From Gemmatimonadales bacterium (GTDB lineage Bacteria; Gemmatimonadota; Gemmatimonadetes; Gemmatimonadales; GWC2-71-9): a stretch of DNA of 64,000 bases. The notes below the pieces were generated by a model that saw only the letters and a list, made by a program, of their open reading frames with translations, had not been told where the DNA came from and searched no databases. The stretch covers positions 9,351 through 73,350 of the forward strand of contig DATEIR010000064.1 in the NCBI GenBank assembly GCA_035278885.1, read 5' to 3'. Positions 45,780 to 55,420 of this stretch are shown here, one piece after another. Position 1 is the first letter of the stretch. Each line of letters opens with the position of its first letter. A program made the translations under genes and the position numbers.

Positions 45780-45845
45780 CACAAAGACACGAAGGACACA
45801 AAGGACACGAAGAACGGCGATGCTAGTTCTTCGTGTCTTCGTGTG
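45780..45845. repeat. Intergenic tandem CAC(G/A)AAG repeat forming an imperfect hairpin
   Basis: Four 8-9-nt units (CACAAAGA CACGAAGGA CACAAAGGA CACGAAGAAC), a 10-nt loop, then GTTCTTCGTGTCTTCGTGTG. It lies between the hutU stop and the hutI start. Confidence 0.7.
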
Positions 45846-45903
45846 AACTGGCCGCGGGAGTACTGCGGAGCGCTGCGATGACCGCCATTCTTCAGGCTCA
45901 GCC

Positions 45904-47130
45904 ATGAAGCTCATCCACAACATCGCCCAACTCGCCACGTGCCGGGCCGAGGGCGGGCAGGGCGAGATCCATGCGATCACCGACGCCGCGATGGCGTGGG
46001 ATCGGGACACGATCGTGTGGGTCGGGCGGCGAGCCGAGCTGCCGGCGAGCTGCCGCTCCGCGGAGGCAGTGGACGCCGGCGGCGGGACGGTGGTGCCGGG
46101 GCTGGTGGATTGCCACACGCACCTGGCTTTCGCCGGCTGGCGGGCGGAAGAGTTCGTCGAGCGGATCGAAGGCCGGAGCTATCTCGACATCGCCCGCGCG
46201 GGCGGCGGTATCGCGCGCACCGTGCGGCTCACCCGTGCCGCGAGCGAGGCGGTGCTGCTCGAGCGGGCGGAGGGATTTCTCCAGGCCATGCTGCGCCTGG
46301 GCGTGACCACGGTGGAGTGCAAGAGCGGCTATGGGCTCGACCGGGAGCACGAGCTCCTGCTCCTGCGGGTCTACCGCCGGCTGGCGGAGAGCCAGCCGAT
46401 CCGTCTGGTTCCCACCTTTCTCGGGGCCCACGTCGTGCCGCCGGAGTTCCGGAGCGATCGGGCCGGGTACCTGGCGATGCTCGAGGCGATGCTCCCCGAC
46501 GTGGCGTCCGAAGGGCTCGCGCGCTTCTGCGATGTCTTCGTGGAGGAGTCGGCGTTCTCGCCGGATGAGGCGCGCCGGCTGCTCCGTGCGGCTCAGCGCC
46601 ACGGTCTCGGCGCCAAGCTGCACGCCGATCAGCTGAGCGCGGGCGGCGGGGCGGAGCTCGCCGCCGAGGTGGGGGCAGTATCCGCCGATCACCTCGAATG
46701 CGCCTCACCGGCCGGGATCGAGGCCATGGCTCGCGCCGGCGTGGTCGCCGTGAGCCTGCCGATCGCGACGCTCTACCTGGGCCAGACGCCGTTCGCCGCC
46801 CGTCGGTGGATCGCCGCCGGAGTGCCGGTTGCGGTGGCGACAGACTTCAATCCCGGCTCCGCCCCGAGCTACCACCTGCCCTTGGCGCTCACCCTGGCCT
46901 GCACGCTCCAGCGCATGACCCCCGCGGAGGCGCTCAAGGGGGCCACTCTCTATGCCGCCCGCGCGGTGGGGCTGGAGGATCGGATCGGCTCGCTCGAGCC
47001 CGGCAAGGCGGCGGACTTCGCGGTGATCGACACCCCTGACGTGGCCCACTGGCTGTACCACCTGCAGCCCAACGGCTGCCGGCTCACGGTGGCTGGGGGC
47101 CAGGTCCGCTGGCGGGCTCTGCTGAGCTAG
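45904..47130 (+). CDS. hutI: Imidazolonepropionase
   Basis: VPGLVDCHTHLAFAG, ECKSGYGL, LHADQLS, SADHLE and ATDFNPGS. Confidence 0.9.
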   Translation: MKLIHNIAQLATCRAEGGQGEIHAITDAAMAWDRDTIVWVGRRAELPASCRSAEAVDAGGGTVVPGLVDCHTHLAFAGWRAEEFVERIEGRSYLDIARAGGGIARTVRLTRAASEAVLLERAEGFLQAMLRLGVTTVECKSGYGLDREHELLLLRVYRRLAESQPIRLVPTFLGAHVVPPEFRSDRAGYLAMLEAMLPDVASEGLARFCDVFVEESAFSPDEARRLLRAAQRHGLGAKLHADQLSAGGGAELAAEVGAVSADHLECASPAGIEAMARAGVVAVSLPIATLYLGQTPFAARRWIAAGVPVAVATDFNPGSAPSYHLPLALTLACTLQRMTPAEALKGATLYAARAVGLEDRIGSLEPGKAADFAVIDTPDVAHWLYHLQPNGCRLTVAGGQVRWRALLS

Positions 47131-47292
47131 CCGGCGGCTCGAGGCTGGGCCGTCGAGTCTCGGAGCCCGGGACTCTGGCGTAAGTGGGCCTGGCTTCGCA
47201 TTATGGACCGGGGTCGGCGGCCGCCGATCCCGGTTCTCGTACGTCCGATCTTCCATCCGGGCCGCTCGGTCCGGCGTCATTCCCGGAGGGGT

Positions 47293-48504
47293 ATGCAGGC
47301 CGTTCCGGTCCGCACCCCGGAGCTGATTCTTTCCCACGAGCAGGCCACCCCGGCCCGCCCGCGGCTCCATTCGGTCGATCTCGTTCGCGGTCTGGTCATG
47401 GTGCTCATGACTCTCGACCACGTTCGGGCGTACTTCAGCGCCGTCCGAATCGAGCCGGCCGACTCATCCCAGATCTCGTCCGGCCTGTTCCTGATCCGCT
47501 GGGTGACTCACGGGTGCGCGCCGGTTTTCGTGCTGCTGACCGGCACCGGAGCCTACCTCGCGCTGGCCAACGGCGTCCCCCGCCGCGACCAAGCCCGCTT
47601 CCTCGCGACGCGCGGACTGGGGCTCGTCCTGCTCGAGCTGACGCTGGTGCGGGTCCTGTGGACATTCAACATCGACTATGCCGGGCAGCCATTGGTGGTG
47701 CAGGCGATCGCGGCGATCGGGGTCTGTATGATCGCCCTCGCCGCCCTGCTTGCCTTGCCGCTGCCGGTGGTAGCGGGTGTGGCGATTTCGATCATCGCCG
47801 GGCACAACCTGCTCGACCGGGTCGACCCGGGCGTCCTCGGCGCCTGGGAGCCCCTCTGGCGGGTGTTGCACGTGCCCGGTCAGGTGCAGCTGGGCGGACT
47901 CTCCCTGGTGGTCGTCTATCCGGTCCTGCCCTGGATCGGAGTCATCGCCGCGGGGTACGCCCTGGGGCCGGTGTTCGCGGCCTCCGCCGAGGTCCGACGG
48001 CGGGCGCTGATCCGGCTGGGGATCGGGTGCACGTTGACCTTTCTCGTGCTTCGCGCCTGGAACGGCTACGGTGACTCGGCCGAGTGGACGATCCAGAGCA
48101 CCCCGGCCCGCACCCTGCTGTCGTTCCTCGACACGACGAAGTATCCCCCATCGCTCCTGTTCCTGCTCATGACGCTGGGTCCCGCGCTGCTGGGTCTGGC
48201 GGCGGCGGATGCGTGGCGGGGTGTGCTCGGCGAGGTGCTCGCGCTCATGGGGCGGGTCCCACTGTTCTACTACGTGCTGCACCTCGGGCTGATCCATGCG
48301 CTGGCGCTGATCATCGGGACCCTGGCGGGGTTCGAGCCCCGGGCGTTCCTCACGGCCTGGCCTTTCCTGCCGCGAGGGTGGGGGTACGGGTTGCCGGTGA
48401 TCTTCGCCTTGTGGGCAGCGGTGGTATTGGCCCTGTACCCGGCCTGTCGCTGGTTCGCCGCCGTGAAGGCCGAAGGCCGAGACAGTTGGTTGCGTTACCT
48501 GTGA
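47293..48504 (+). CDS. DUF1624 / heparan-alpha-glucosaminide N-acetyltransferase-like polytopic membrane protein
   Basis: In-frame ATG at 47293 follows GGAGGGG. RLHSVDLVRGLVMVLMTLDHVR near the N-terminus and many TM segments. Confidence 0.7.
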   Translation: MQAVPVRTPELILSHEQATPARPRLHSVDLVRGLVMVLMTLDHVRAYFSAVRIEPADSSQISSGLFLIRWVTHGCAPVFVLLTGTGAYLALANGVPRRDQARFLATRGLGLVLLELTLVRVLWTFNIDYAGQPLVVQAIAAIGVCMIALAALLALPLPVVAGVAISIIAGHNLLDRVDPGVLGAWEPLWRVLHVPGQVQLGGLSLVVVYPVLPWIGVIAAGYALGPVFAASAEVRRRALIRLGIGCTLTFLVLRAWNGYGDSAEWTIQSTPARTLLSFLDTTKYPPSLLFLLMTLGPALLGLAAADAWRGVLGEVLALMGRVPLFYYVLHLGLIHALALIIGTLAGFEPRAFLTAWPFLPRGWGYGLPVIFALWAAVVLALYPACRWFAAVKAEGRDSWLRYL

Positions 48505-48541
48505 TCGAACGCGCTCAAGCTTCCTCATGGAGGGCATCGAG

Positions 48542-48931
48542 ATGATCCATTGCATCACCCGGGTTCACCCCCTTGGCTTGGTGGCGCTCCTGGCCCTCGC
48601 CGCCTGCGGCGGAGGGTCGAAGTATGCCGGCGACTGGAAGCGGGACCTCTCCGGAGAAGGCGAGGTTCGGATGAAGATGGCGTCGAACGGAGGGGTCGAG
48701 CTCATGCTGCCCTCGCCCCGCTGGCCGGACAGCGTGGACATCAAGAGCAACGCGGCGTTCGCCGGGGACACGCTGATCTTCAAGGCCGATACCGCCGCGA
48801 TCCCGTGCCAGACCACCGACGCGCGCTACATCGTGAACGTCGCGGAGAACGAGCTGCACATCGCCGGCGTGGGCATGGACGCCTGCGGGGGACGGCGGGC
48901 AGCGCTGGTGGGGACATGGACCAAGGGGTAG
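48542..48931 (+). CDS. Hypothetical lipoprotein
   Basis: Lipobox LLALAACGG. The internal ATG at 48542 follows GGAGGG. No family recognised. Confidence 0.5.
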   Translation: MIHCITRVHPLGLVALLALAACGGGSKYAGDWKRDLSGEGEVRMKMASNGGVELMLPSPRWPDSVDIKSNAAFAGDTLIFKADTAAIPCQTTDARYIVNVAENELHIAGVGMDACGGRRAALVGTWTKG

Positions 48932-48943
48932 GGGGAGCGGCTA

Positions 48944-49029
48944 GGCGGTGAAGGCGAAGGGCGAAAAGCGAAGGAGGCGCGATGAGCTACTCGTGCGCCT
49001 CCTTCGCTTTTCGCCCTTCGCCTTTCGCC
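48944..49029. repeat. Long perfect inverted repeat (30-bp arms) filling a convergent intergenic gap
   Basis: Arm 48951-48980 (AAGGCGAAGGGCGAAAAGCGAAGGAGGCGC) is the exact reverse complement of 48995-49024. The loop is 14 nt. Flanking GGCG/CGCC can extend the stem. Confidence 0.85.
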
Positions 49030-49032
49030 TTC

Positions 49033-50094
49033 TCAGCCCACCGCCGGCCACTGCTGACTCACACAATGAAACGCCCCGAGGCCCCACACCAGATCGGTAC
49101 AGTCGATGCCGATGACCTCGCGGGTCGGGAAGAGTTCCTGCAGGGTCCTGCGGGCCTCGTCGTCGCGCTCGGGATCGTAGGTGGGGAGCAGGACCACGCC
49201 GTTGGCGATGTAGAAATTGGCGTAGCTCGCGGGGAGCCGCTGCTCCTCATGAAATACCGGCCGAGGCATCGGCAGCGTCACCACCCGAAGCGGGTGGCCG
49301 TCCTGGTCCCGCATGTTCCGGAGCCGCTCGAGGTTCTCCTGCAGCGGCTCGTGGTTCTCGTCGGCCGGGTCGTCCTCGACCACCGTCACCACGGTCCGCT
49401 CGTCCACGAACCGGGTCAGGTCGTCCACGTGGCCGTCGGTGTCGTCACCCACGATCCCATCGCCGAGCCAGAGGATGTGGCGCACGCCGAGGTAGGCACG
49501 GAGGTAGCCCTCGATGGCGTCGCGGCCGAGCGCGGGGTTGCGGTTGGGATTGAGGAGGCAGGCCTCCGTCGTGAGGAGCGTCCCCCGGCCGTTCACCTCG
49601 ATCGACCCGCCCTCCAGCACGATGCCGGGATGGAATACCGGCAACCCGTACTCTTCAGCCACCCGGGTCGGAATGACGTCGTCGAGGTCGTAGGGCGGGT
49701 ACTTGTCGCCCCAAGCGTTGAACTTCCAGTCCACCACGGCCTCTTCCCGGCCTCGCGCTCCCTCGCGCTGGACGAAGATCGGCCCGTGATCCCGGCACCA
49801 GGCGTCGTTGGTGGGGTTCTGGTGGAAGAAGACGTTGCCGGCCCCGGCACCCTCGTCGGCCAGGAGCCGACGGACGTCCTGCTCCATGTCGGGGCCGGCC
49901 ACGTTGATGTGGACCTCTTCATGGTCCGCCAGGTAGCGCACCATGGCGGCGAAGATGCCGGGGACGGGGCCGAACTTTCCGGGCCACGAGGCTTCCTTGT
50001 GGGGCCAGCTGAGCCAGGTGCCGCGATGGAGGGCCCATTCGGGGGGCATGGCGAAGCCGAGGGCGGAAGGAGTGACCTTCCCCTTTTCCGTCAA
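49033..50094 (-). CDS. aguA: Agmatine deiminase
   Basis: MPPEWALH, WCRDHGPIF, FNAWG, GGSIEVNG, DGHVDD and a terminal GAFHCVSQQ (catalytic Cys). Start is either the TTG at 50094 (TTGA overlap with the aguB stop) or the ATG at 50049. Confidence 0.85.
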   Translation of the reverse strand: MTEKGKVTPSALGFAMPPEWALHRGTWLSWPHKEASWPGKFGPVPGIFAAMVRYLADHEEVHINVAGPDMEQDVRRLLADEGAGAGNVFFHQNPTNDAWCRDHGPIFVQREGARGREEAVVDWKFNAWGDKYPPYDLDDVIPTRVAEEYGLPVFHPGIVLEGGSIEVNGRGTLLTTEACLLNPNRNPALGRDAIEGYLRAYLGVRHILWLGDGIVGDDTDGHVDDLTRFVDERTVVTVVEDDPADENHEPLQENLERLRNMRDQDGHPLRVVTLPMPRPVFHEEQRLPASYANFYIANGVVLLPTYDPERDDEARRTLQELFPTREVIGIDCTDLVWGLGAFHCVSQQWPAVG

Positions 50095-50978
50095 TCCAAA
50101 TACCGCTTCGTCAGCTCGCCGTATGCGTCGATCCGCCGGTCGCGCAGAAACGGCCAGTGGGTCCGGCTCACGTCCACCTTGCCCAGGTCGCACGTGGTGG
50201 TGAGGACTTCCTCGCCGGTGCCGCCCTTGACCAGGATCCGACCGCCGGGGTCGGCCACGAAGCTGCCGCCCCAGAACTCGATGCCGCCGTCCGCCGGCCC
50301 TTCGTGCCCCACCCGGTTGACGGCGCACACGTAGACGCCGTTGGCGATGGCGTGCGACCGCTGGATGGTCTCCCAGGCCGCCTGCTGCTGCGCTCCGTGC
50401 TCCGCCTTCTCCGGCGGGAGCCAGCCGATGGCGGTGGGATAGAACAGGATCTGGGCGCCGCTCATGGCGGTGAGGCGGGCGGCTTCCGGGTACCACTGGT
50501 CCCAGCAGACCAGCACCCCGATGCGGGCAAAGCGGGTGTCCCAGCTGTGAAAACCCAGATCGCCGGGGGTGAAGTAGAATTTCTCGTAGTATTGAGGGTC
50601 GTCCGGAATGTGCATCTTCCGGTATTTGCCGAGGTAGGTGCCGTCCGCGTCGATGATGGCGGCGGTGTTGTGGTACAGGCCCTCGGCCCGCTTCTCGAAC
50701 AGCGACGCCACGAGGACGATGCCCAGCTCCTTGGCCAGGTCGGCCAGCCGCTCCGTGCTGGGCCCGGGAATCGGCTCGGCGAGATCGAAGAACCGATGGT
50801 CCTCGACCTGGCAGAAATACTGGCTGCGGAAGAGCTCCTGGAGGCAGACGATCTGGGCGCCGCGCGCGGCGGCTTCACGGACCCCGGCCATCGCGGTCCG
50901 CATGTTGGCCTCGGGGTCCTCGCCGCAGCGGGATTGCACCAGGCCGAGCGTGACCTGATCGTGAGTGGGACGTGCCAT
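50091..50978 (-). CDS. aguB: N-carbamoylputrescine amidase (CN-hydrolase family)
   Basis: VCLQELF, YRKMHIP, VLVCWDQWYPE (catalytic Cys context) and FWGGSF. The start is at the in-frame ATG 50978 (alternative 50990). Confidence 0.85.
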   Translation of the reverse strand: MARPTHDQVTLGLVQSRCGEDPEANMRTAMAGVREAAARGAQIVCLQELFRSQYFCQVEDHRFFDLAEPIPGPSTERLADLAKELGIVLVASLFEKRAEGLYHNTAAIIDADGTYLGKYRKMHIPDDPQYYEKFYFTPGDLGFHSWDTRFARIGVLVCWDQWYPEAARLTAMSGAQILFYPTAIGWLPPEKAEHGAQQQAAWETIQRSHAIANGVYVCAVNRVGHEGPADGGIEFWGGSFVADPGGRILVKGGTGEEVLTTTCDLGKVDVSRTHWPFLRDRRIDAYGELTKRYLD

Positions 50979-51119
50979 GGGTCGGAACATAATGGCGCCC
51001 GTGGCGCACGCCATGCCGTCGTGACCGGCATCACGACGTGATGAGGCGCGGAGGGGCGATTTTAGGGTATCGGGATGAGACCGGCCGCGAACGGCCACAC
51101 CATGAGGGAGAGGACCACG

Positions 51120-51944
51120 ATGACGAGGACGCTATCGGCCACGCTCACTGCCGTCGTGCTGCTCGCCGCCTGCGGGGGCGAGCGGCGAGCGGACACCGCC
51201 ACCCAGGCTGCCGACAGCGCGGTGACCGCTGCCACGCCGGGGGCACCGGGCGATAGCGCGGCTCAGGCGGCCCCGACGACCTCGGCTGCCGCCGACTCCG
51301 GGGCCGCGGCGTCCACTTCACCCGCGACGCCGACCGACACCGGCGCGAAGCGCCCATCCAGCAGCAAGGCGGACGGGAAGAAGCTCGCCGCCTCGGAGGC
51401 GGTGACCGCGCACCGGGCCGCCCCGGCGCAGTCGGGTCAGGCGAAACGAGACACGGCCCGGGTCAAGGCCGAGCAGGACACGGCCAAGGCGGCCGCCGCG
51501 GCCACGCCGCAGGACACCGGAAAGGCCGCCGCGCAGGACACCGGGAAGGCCGCCGCGCCGGCGGGCTCGACCAGCACGGCCACGGCCCAGGCCGACCAGC
51601 CGCTGCGCGACGCGTACCATCAGCCGCCCAAGGACACGGTGGATCAGGCGACGTACGACGGCTGGAAGCAGTTCAACCTGAACTGCGCCCGCTGCCACGG
51701 CGAGGACGTCATGGGGACCACCATCGCCCCCCACCTGATCCTGTCGCTCAAGCCAGACGGCCCCATCAACACCAAAGAGCTGTTCATGCAGACGGTGTGC
51801 GCGGGCCGACCCGCCAAGGGCATGCCGGCATGGTGCGCCCTGGGCCTGGACATGCAGAAGATCAGCGACATCTATCTGTACGTGAAAGGGCGGAGCGACG
51901 CGAAGCTCAGCCCGGGGCGGCCGGCGGTAAAAGGGGGAGGCTGA
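51120..51944 (+). CDS. c-type cytochrome lipoprotein with long Ala/Thr/Pro-rich linker
   Basis: Lipobox LLAACGG. Low-complexity linker containing a duplicated QDTGKAAA (24-nt direct repeat near 51505-51555). C-terminal CARCH heme motif and GMPAW. Confidence 0.65.
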   Translation: MTRTLSATLTAVVLLAACGGERRADTATQAADSAVTAATPGAPGDSAAQAAPTTSAAADSGAAASTSPATPTDTGAKRPSSSKADGKKLAASEAVTAHRAAPAQSGQAKRDTARVKAEQDTAKAAAAATPQDTGKAAAQDTGKAAAPAGSTSTATAQADQPLRDAYHQPPKDTVDQATYDGWKQFNLNCARCHGEDVMGTTIAPHLILSLKPDGPINTKELFMQTVCAGRPAKGMPAWCALGLDMQKISDIYLYVKGRSDAKLSPGRPAVKGGG

Positions 51945-51949
51945 GCCTC

Positions 51950-53899
51950 TCAGCGGCCCGGCACCCGCACCGCCGCGGCTCCCAGTCCCGCGGGCCAGCG
52001 CAGGGTGATCGACTCGCCCTGCCTGGTGCGGTCGAGTCCCCGCTCGGACTTGGCGATCGTCTCGACCGGGTGCCGCCAGGACTCTCCCTCCGGCGTCGCG
52101 ACCGGAGTAAGCTCACCGAATACCGATAGCTCGGTGGTGAACACGCCATCCGGGACGACGCTCGGGTTCCACCGGAGGCGAGCCTCCACCGCACCGCCTC
52201 GGTCGAAGCGAAGCACCTTCTCCAGCCTGCGCTCACCGGTGCCGAGCCCGAGGGTGACCTCGAGCCCGCCGCCGCGGCGGCGGACGGCATGTTCAGCGGC
52301 GACTCGGGCCCAGCTCAGCAGCGGCTGGTAATCCCCGTGGACCCAGTGTTCCTGGCCCAGGTCAGGGGCGACGATCCGCTCCACGAAGAGTGCTCGATCC
52401 TCCGCGTCCACCGGCGGACGGCTCTCGAGCCGGATGCCGGCCTCGATATCGTGAATGCTCGCCGTGCCGCCGTCGCCATGCCCGTCGTGTGATGCGCCGC
52501 GCTCCAGTGCCAGCTGGTGATAGCTCTCCAGGCGGCGGGTGAGCACGTTGGCGTAGTTCACCCCGGCGGCGAAGACGGTGTACTCCTCCAGCGCGCCGCC
52601 CCGGTCCAGCCCGATGACCGCGGAGAACGCGTCGGAGTGAATCCAGAGCTCGTCGTGGCCGTCGCCGTCGAAGTCGAGCACTTCGTACGCCAGTCCCTTT
52701 CCCCGCCGCAGTTCCGCCTCGGCCAGGGCGAGCTGGCGCCAGAGCGCTTCGCGCAGGTGCGGCAGATAGAGTCCGCCGAAGACGCCGTGCCAGTAGGCGT
52801 CGTTGCACTGGGCCCGTCCGATGGCCCGGCGAGCCGCGGGAGGATCTCCCCGGCGGCGGCAGAGCTCGGAGAGCGCCTGCATCTTCTTGTGCATCCGATT
52901 GGATTCGGGGTACTTCACCAGGAAATTCCGCCAGTGGGCCCCCCGCACCAGCGCACCGTCCGGGCCAGCCATCCGGGCCTCGCCGAGGTCGCGCTCGAGG
53001 CGCGCCAGCCTGAGCGCCGCGGGCGCGGGCAGCGACCACGATTCCATCTCGCGGTAGGACGCGGTCGGGAGATAGGCGATCCCGTTGCTGGGGACCGCTG
53101 CCAGCGCGTCGTCCAGCCGGCTCAGCTGTACCTCGCCCCGGTTGATCAGGTCCCACACCGTGTCGATGAACCGGTCGAGCCATCCCTGCTCGTAGACCCA
53201 GCTCTTGGTGCCGGGCCAGCCCCCGAATTTCTCGCCGTCGTCGGCGAGCACCGCGAGACTATGGCCGGCCGCGCGCAGCTCCCGGAAATAGTGGGCGGTC
53301 TCCTCGGGAGGCCGAAACGGGATCAGGTAGCGGAGACGCTCGTCGATCGGAAAGAGCGCCACCCGTCGTCCGTCGCTCTCGGTCCAGAAGGGCGCGTGCA
53401 GCCGGTCGGGGCTGAATCCGGTGGCGAGGAAATGACGGTCGTCCACCAGCGCGTAGTCCACCCCGGCGGACGCGAGGTCGGCCGCGAGCTCCGGCTCCCA
53501 CACCCGTTCGGTGAGCCAGAGCCCCCGGGCGTCCACCCCGAAGCGCCGCTGCACCGCCTCCGCCATCCAGCGGATCTGCTCCACCCGATCGGCCCGGGGC
53601 AGCGCGGCGAGAATCGGCTCGTAGAAGCCGGCGAGGAGGATCTCCAGCCGTCGGTCGGCCGCCAGGCGGCCCAGCCGATCGAGGTAGCCGGGCTCGTGCT
53701 GCTCCAGCCACTCGAGCAGCGGACCGGAAAGGTGGAGCACGGCCGGAAGGAACTCGCGCTCGCTCAGCCGCTCGAGCAGCGGCCGGTAGACGTCCTCGAG
53801 ATGCTGGGCGAAGACGTGGTCGAAATTCCCCACCGGCTGGTGGAGGTGGAGGCCGAACACGAACCGGAGCGGGCCGGCCGGGTGACCGGCGTCGGTCAC
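51950..53899 (-). CDS. Glycoside hydrolase family 57 (alpha-amylase / 4-alpha-glucanotransferase type)
   Basis: In-frame GTG at 53899 (GTGA overlap with the glgA stop). Motifs FGLHLHQPVGN, WLTERVW and DDGEKFG. Confidence 0.8.
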   Translation of the reverse strand: MTDAGHPAGPLRFVFGLHLHQPVGNFDHVFAQHLEDVYRPLLERLSEREFLPAVLHLSGPLLEWLEQHEPGYLDRLGRLAADRRLEILLAGFYEPILAALPRADRVEQIRWMAEAVQRRFGVDARGLWLTERVWEPELAADLASAGVDYALVDDRHFLATGFSPDRLHAPFWTESDGRRVALFPIDERLRYLIPFRPPEETAHYFRELRAAGHSLAVLADDGEKFGGWPGTKSWVYEQGWLDRFIDTVWDLINRGEVQLSRLDDALAAVPSNGIAYLPTASYREMESWSLPAPAALRLARLERDLGEARMAGPDGALVRGAHWRNFLVKYPESNRMHKKMQALSELCRRRGDPPAARRAIGRAQCNDAYWHGVFGGLYLPHLREALWRQLALAEAELRRGKGLAYEVLDFDGDGHDELWIHSDAFSAVIGLDRGGALEEYTVFAAGVNYANVLTRRLESYHQLALERGASHDGHGDGGTASIHDIEAGIRLESRPPVDAEDRALFVERIVAPDLGQEHWVHGDYQPLLSWARVAAEHAVRRRGGGLEVTLGLGTGERRLEKVLRFDRGGAVEARLRWNPSVVPDGVFTTELSVFGELTPVATPEGESWRHPVETIAKSERGLDRTRQGESITLRWPAGLGAAAVRVPGR

Positions 53900-55410
53900 C
53901 GCGCCGCGGCCCGCGCGACGGCACGCCGATACACGCCGAGGTACAGCTCGACCGACCGCTCCCAGCTGAAGTCGCGGGCCATGCCGCGCCGGACCATGGC
54001 CTGCCAGCCGGAAGGCTCGGCGTAGGCGGCCAGCGCCCGGAGCGCCGCTTCCTCGAACGCCGGTGGGGTGTAGGCGTCGAAGGCGAAACCGGTGACGCCG
54101 TCTTCCACCGTGTCCGCCAGCCCCCCCACCCGGCGCACGATCGGCGGGGCGCCGTAGCGCTGAGCCCGCATCTGGGTGAGGCCGCACGGCTCGTAGAGCG
54201 ACGGCATGAGGAAGATGTCGGCGCCCGCCATCAGCCGGTGCTCCAGCCGGTCGGTGAAGTCCAGCTGCACGCCCATGTGATTCGGCGCCGAGGATGCCAG
54301 GTCGGTGAGCGCCTGCTCGTAGTAGGGGTCGCCGCTTCCGAGGAAGACGAACTGGGCGTCGCGGGCGAGCAGCGCGCGGGCCTGCAGGATGAGGTCGAGC
54401 CCCTTCTGCGTGACCAGCCGGCCGGTCATCCCGAAGAGCGGCGTGCGGCGCCGCTGGGGCAGGCCGAAGGAGCGCTGCAGCGCCGCCTTGCAGCGCCGCT
54501 TGCCTTCCAGCTTGTCGGCCGAATACTGCGCGGTGATGAGCGGGTCGGTGGTCGGGTTCCAGAGCCGCTGGTCGATCCCGTTGAGCACGCCGACCAGCCG
54601 GTCGCCCAGCCAGATGAAGGCGTTGTGCAGGCCGAAGCCGCCGCCCGGGGTGCGGAGCTCGCTCGCCTGGGTGGGGCTCACCGTGGTCACGTAGTCGGCG
54701 AAGGCCAGCCCGCCCTTCAGCAGGTTCACCTTGCCGTACCACTCGAGGTGGGTCCAGTTGAACAGCTCCCAGGGGAGCCCGATCTCCGGCATCACCTCGG
54801 GGCCGAAGTGGCCCTGATATCCGGGGTTGTGCACCGAGAGCACGATGCTCGCCTGGCGGGCCCAGGCCTGCTGCTGGAGGACGGTCCGGACGTACACCGG
54901 CGCAAGGGCGGTGTGCCAGTCGTGAGCGTGCAGGAGGACGCGCTGCTGGGTGAGGCGGGGGACCGCCGTCATCGCGGCCAGGGCGAAGAAGGCGAACCGG
55001 CGCGCGTTGTCGGGATAGTCCGCGCCGCCCTCACCGTAGATACCGGCCCGGTTGAAGTAGCCGAGGTGCTCGACGAAGAACACCTGGACCCCGGTCGGCG
55101 GGCCGGCCACGCGGAAGATCCGCGCCTCCTCCGCCCGCCCGCCGATGGGGACGACGAACGGAGGCCCGACCGGCTCGAGGTCGGGGTCTTCGTCCCGCAC
55201 CGTACGGTAGAGCGGCAGAATGGCGATGACGTCGAGCCCGGCGGCCACCTGGAAATTGGCCAGGCCCGCCACCGCCTCGGCGAGGCCGCCGGTGCGGGCG
55301 TAGGGGTAGTACTCCGCGCTGATGTGGACGACGGTGACCCGCTCGCCGCCCGGAGCGGTCAGGGGAGCAGGGGACGCCGGCGCCGCCAATGCTGGGGGAA
55401 GGGTAGCCAT
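53896..55410 (-). CDS. glgA: Glycogen synthase (ADP-glucose type)
   Basis: VHISAEYYPYARTGGLAEAV, HAHDWHTA and PSLYEPCGLTQM. Confidence 0.9.
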   Translation of the reverse strand: MATLPPALAAPASPAPLTAPGGERVTVVHISAEYYPYARTGGLAEAVAGLANFQVAAGLDVIAILPLYRTVRDEDPDLEPVGPPFVVPIGGRAEEARIFRVAGPPTGVQVFFVEHLGYFNRAGIYGEGGADYPDNARRFAFFALAAMTAVPRLTQQRVLLHAHDWHTALAPVYVRTVLQQQAWARQASIVLSVHNPGYQGHFGPEVMPEIGLPWELFNWTHLEWYGKVNLLKGGLAFADYVTTVSPTQASELRTPGGGFGLHNAFIWLGDRLVGVLNGIDQRLWNPTTDPLITAQYSADKLEGKRRCKAALQRSFGLPQRRRTPLFGMTGRLVTQKGLDLILQARALLARDAQFVFLGSGDPYYEQALTDLASSAPNHMGVQLDFTDRLEHRLMAGADIFLMPSLYEPCGLTQMRAQRYGAPPIVRRVGGLADTVEDGVTGFAFDAYTPPAFEEAALRALAAYAEPSGWQAMVRRGMARDFSWERSVELYLGVYRRAVARAAAR

Positions 55411-55420
55411 TCCGATTGCC

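Noticed and set aside
51950-54742. 930-aa version of the GH57 ORF
   Set aside because: The first 281 codons overlap glgA in another frame. The GTGA-coupled GTG at 53899 gives a product starting just before the HLHQP GH57 motif.
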